A stretch of 49,982 nucleotides of DNA from an uncultured Rhodopirellula sp. (GTDB taxonomy: Bacteria > Planctomycetota > Planctomycetia > Pirellulales > Pirellulaceae): NCBI GenBank assembly GCA_964007735.1, contig CAXGAI010000014.1, positions 62,001-111,982 on the forward strand, in the 5' to 3' direction. The translations under genes were made by a program, and so were the position numbers. Below are positions 47,193 to 49,982 of the stretch, one piece after another (the stretch's first letter is position 1; every line of letters starts with the position of its first letter). The notes beneath the pieces are model-generated. The model saw only the letters and a list, made by a program, of their open reading frames with translations, did no database searches and was not told the DNA's origin.

Positions 47193-48800
47193 ATGATGTT
47201 GGTCGGATATGTAAGCAATGAACGATACCTGGCTCTTGGTAATGTGGATTTTGAGTTTCGTGGTAACGGAAGGATCGTCCTGGCCAGATCCTCCATTTCC
47301 GGGGCAGTCTTTGCTGACCTTGAATCGGGGGATTACGAAGTTGTTTTGGGGAAGGAGGGGTATGGATCAAAAATTGTCAGCGTCAAGGTGCGCGAGGATC
47401 AGCCCTATCAATTTCGCCTACTAACAGATACGTTACTCGGATACATGTGGCCCAAATGTGTGAAAGCAGGCGAGTCAGCCGAATTTCGAGTCCATAGTGA
47501 TGAAGAGTATTCGTTAGAGTTGTATCGCTATGGTGAAAACAAAGACTTGGTCAAACGCATAGGTACCTATGATGAGCACGGTCCACGGGCCACCATTCAG
47601 ATCACCCCGGACGGCGATTATACTCAAAGTGGTGTGGAGTGGAATAAGCATGGGTACAGTAACAAAAATCTGAAGCAAACTGTTATCGCACCTGACAAAA
47701 GCGGGTTGTACTATTTGCATGCTAGTACGAAGTCTGGGAAATCCTTTAATTTTCCCTGGATTGTAGCACCAGCAACCCCTGTCAACGAGATTGCCGTTCT
47801 TGCATCAGATATCAACTGGAATGCGTATAACAGTTTTGGCGGCCGAAGTAACTACATTCATACGAGCGAATTTCCTGCTTCACCAACGGTGAATGCGCGT
47901 CTTGAGTTAAACCGGTATATACATGCTGATCATAAGACGTATTCCACAGAATCTTATGCGGCGCTGTCGCTGGATAGGCCGGACCCTTATAACCACATAC
48001 CTACTGATGAGCAACTTGATGATCCGATTGAAGGTCGTCAAGGCTGTCATATGGCATCGGCCGAGTGGCGGTTTTTAGGATGGATGGAACGTGAAGGGTT
48101 TGCCTACGACTATTATAGTGAAACCCAATTTCACTTTGATCAGTTGCCATTGGAGAAATACAAAGTGTTGGTCCTTAGCGTCCACCCTGAGTATTGGTCG
48201 GTGAAGATGTATGAACGGCTTAAAAACTGGGTTCACAAGGGTAAGGGCAAACTGGTCTATCTGGGAGGCAACGGTTTAGACTGTCAGGTGGAGTTTATGG
48301 ACGACCACCGCATTGTCTACCACAACACGGTTTGGAGCCAAAGTGAGACCAATTTTGGCGAGACCGGAGAGCCGCAGGAGAGTCGTATGCATAGAAAGCA
48401 TGAGTCTCAGGCGAGTTTGTTGGGACAGGTGTTTACCTGGCCAGGGGCTATGACCGGCGCACCCTATGAGGTGATAAACCCAAGTCATTGGTGCTTTAGT
48501 GGAACGGATTTAGGTCGCGGGGATCTGTTCGGTACAGAAAGTCTGCATCAGCGGGTTCCCGGCGGTGCCAGTGGTCATGAAACGGATAAGATGTCACCTT
48601 ACTCACCTGAAAATACAGAGTTGTTAGCGAAGGGGATAAATCCGGATGATGGTGGGGCACACATGGTTTATTACAATACGCCTAGTGGTGGTGAGGTGTT
48701 TTCTGTCGGTTCTATCTGCTGGAACGCCAGTATTGTTGTCGATAAGAATGTTAGCGAGATTACAGCAAATGTTCTTCGCCGTTTTAGTGGCCGGAAGTAA
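47193..48800 (+). CDS. N,N-dimethylformamidase large-subunit-like protein with an N-terminal carboxypeptidase-regulatory-like domain
   Basis: SGLYYLH, WNAYNSFGGRSNY, LSLDRP, EWRFLGWMEREG, HPEYWS, LGGN, GHETD, VFSVGSI.W, ITANVLRRF. Confidence 0.8.
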   Translation: MMLVGYVSNERYLALGNVDFEFRGNGRIVLARSSISGAVFADLESGDYEVVLGKEGYGSKIVSVKVREDQPYQFRLLTDTLLGYMWPKCVKAGESAEFRVHSDEEYSLELYRYGENKDLVKRIGTYDEHGPRATIQITPDGDYTQSGVEWNKHGYSNKNLKQTVIAPDKSGLYYLHASTKSGKSFNFPWIVAPATPVNEIAVLASDINWNAYNSFGGRSNYIHTSEFPASPTVNARLELNRYIHADHKTYSTESYAALSLDRPDPYNHIPTDEQLDDPIEGRQGCHMASAEWRFLGWMEREGFAYDYYSETQFHFDQLPLEKYKVLVLSVHPEYWSVKMYERLKNWVHKGKGKLVYLGGNGLDCQVEFMDDHRIVYHNTVWSQSETNFGETGEPQESRMHRKHESQASLLGQVFTWPGAMTGAPYEVINPSHWCFSGTDLGRGDLFGTESLHQRVPGGASGHETDKMSPYSPENTELLAKGINPDDGGAHMVYYNTPSGGEVFSVGSICWNASIVVDKNVSEITANVLRRFSGRK

Positions 48801-48898
48801 GGTGTTCATTGCACTAAGCACACTATTAGTGGCTGGTTGCTGTGGCAATACTCATTGCCGGCAACTTATAATAACAGGTGTGATAGGAAATTCGAGCA

Positions 48899-49982
48899 AT
48901 GTTAACGATTAATGATGCGAGTACGAGTCTGAGTCGTCGCAAACTGCTGAGTATTGGCAGCTTGGGTTTGGGCGGTATGTCTCTGGCATCGTTAATGGGG
49001 TTAAAAGCGGAAGCAGCCGCCCTGAGTGATGCAGTACGGAATAAGTCGGTCATCTTTCTCTTTCAACAGGGCGGTCCGAGTCAATTTGAGACATTCGATC
49101 CAAAGCCTGAAGCAGACGAGAGTGTTCGTAGTGTTTGTGATGTGATTCCCACGTCGATCCCCGGTGTTCACCTGGCAGAGCACCTTCCACGGTTAGCCAG
49201 ACTGGCACACAAGTATACAAATGTTCGCAGTTATCAAACATTGAATGCAAACCACAATATTCAGCCTATGGTGGGGCCGCATTCTCTCGAGACGAGTGTC
49301 CCCGTTCATTACACCCGGGTTGTCGGAACCACGCGGCCAAAGACCGGCGTGCCTACCAGCACGATACTTTATCCGCAGGCTGTAAGCAAAGGAGTACCTG
49401 ATGGGAGAGCACGAGGGAATTTGCTGGAGACAGGGCCCTATGGAATGGGCTTTGCCCCTTTTGTTCCGGGGAAGGATGGACAACTCCAGCAGGATATGGA
49501 ACTGAGCCTTTCCAAAGAACGATTTTTTGGGGATCGAAGAACATTACTGTCAGGGCTAGATAATCTAAAGCGTGATGCAGATGCTAACGGTCAATTCGAT
49601 GCATTAGATGAGATGCAGAAACAGGCTTACGAGATCCTGCTTGGTGGTGGAGTCTCCAGAGCACTGGATCTTTCGTTGGAAGATCCTGCGGTATTAGCAA
49701 GATATGACACGTCGGAATATGTAACGAAGGGGGCCTGGGATAAGGTCAAGCGGGGTAGAGCGGGATTTTATAGTGCCAATGCCGGATCTATTGGGAAGTT
49801 ACTTTGTTTGGCGAGACGTTTGTGTGAGGCAGGTTGCGGATTCGTGACGATACACGCCAGTTACGACGGCGTGTGGGATATGCATGCGGACCGCAATAAC
49901 CTGGACATGACTGATGGCATGGAAGCGGTTGGCCAGAGCTTCGATCACGCAGTGGCGGCGTTCATCCGCGACTGTGAACAGC
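48899..49982 (+). CDS. DUF1501 protein (3' end cut by the window edge)
   Basis: Translated by hand: MLTINDASTSLSRRKLL...GGPSQFETFDPKP...LARRLCEAGCGFVT...WDMH; open to the window end and absent from the ORF track. Confidence 0.92.
   Translation, partial: MLTINDASTSLSRRKLLSIGSLGLGGMSLASLMGLKAEAAALSDAVRNKSVIFLFQQGGPSQFETFDPKPEADESVRSVCDVIPTSIPGVHLAEHLPRLARLAHKYTNVRSYQTLNANHNIQPMVGPHSLETSVPVHYTRVVGTTRPKTGVPTSTILYPQAVSKGVPDGRARGNLLETGPYGMGFAPFVPGKDGQLQQDMELSLSKERFFGDRRTLLSGLDNLKRDADANGQFDALDEMQKQAYEILLGGGVSRALDLSLEDPAVLARYDTSEYVTKGAWDKVKRGRAGFYSANAGSIGKLLCLARRLCEAGCGFVTIHASYDGVWDMHADRNNLDMTDGMEAVGQSFDHAVAAFIRDCEQ

Noticed and set aside
1..49982. CRISPR arrays, rRNA, intact IS/prophage or defence systems; the many short antisense ORFs in the track
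   Set aside because: No regularly spaced repeats and no transposase, cas or phage structural motifs were seen; the short ORFs overlap well-supported genes

Overview
A gene-dense chromosomal segment of moderate GC, almost certainly from a Planctomycete (three DUF1501 paralogs, two DUF1552/DUF1592 cytochrome-c pairs, a sulfatase, PQQ-like beta-propellers, DUF1080) and probably marine. It contains: (i) an iron-stress operon (flavodoxin, TPR protein, beta-propeller, FbpABC/FutABC Fe3+ transporter) behind a near-perfect Fur-box-like palindrome; (ii) a glucosylglycerate locus in which GpgS is fused in frame to a GH13_18 glucosylglycerate-phosphorylase-type domain, next to a GpgP/MpgP phosphatase; (iii) a Tat-exported, 20-Cys four-helix copper-storage protein; (iv) glycan and organic-acid catabolic enzymes, several with altered catalytic motifs; (v) a tRNA-Met flanked by a truncated TPR lipoprotein, an integrase-N-terminus-like remnant and orphan genes, which looks like an eroded island; (vi) a Rieske-fused helical protein divergent from an aldolase and a dimethylformamidase-like gene; and (vii) a candidate orphan small RNA. 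No CRISPR array, rRNA or intact mobile element was seen. All calls come from motif recognition by eye; no database search was run.
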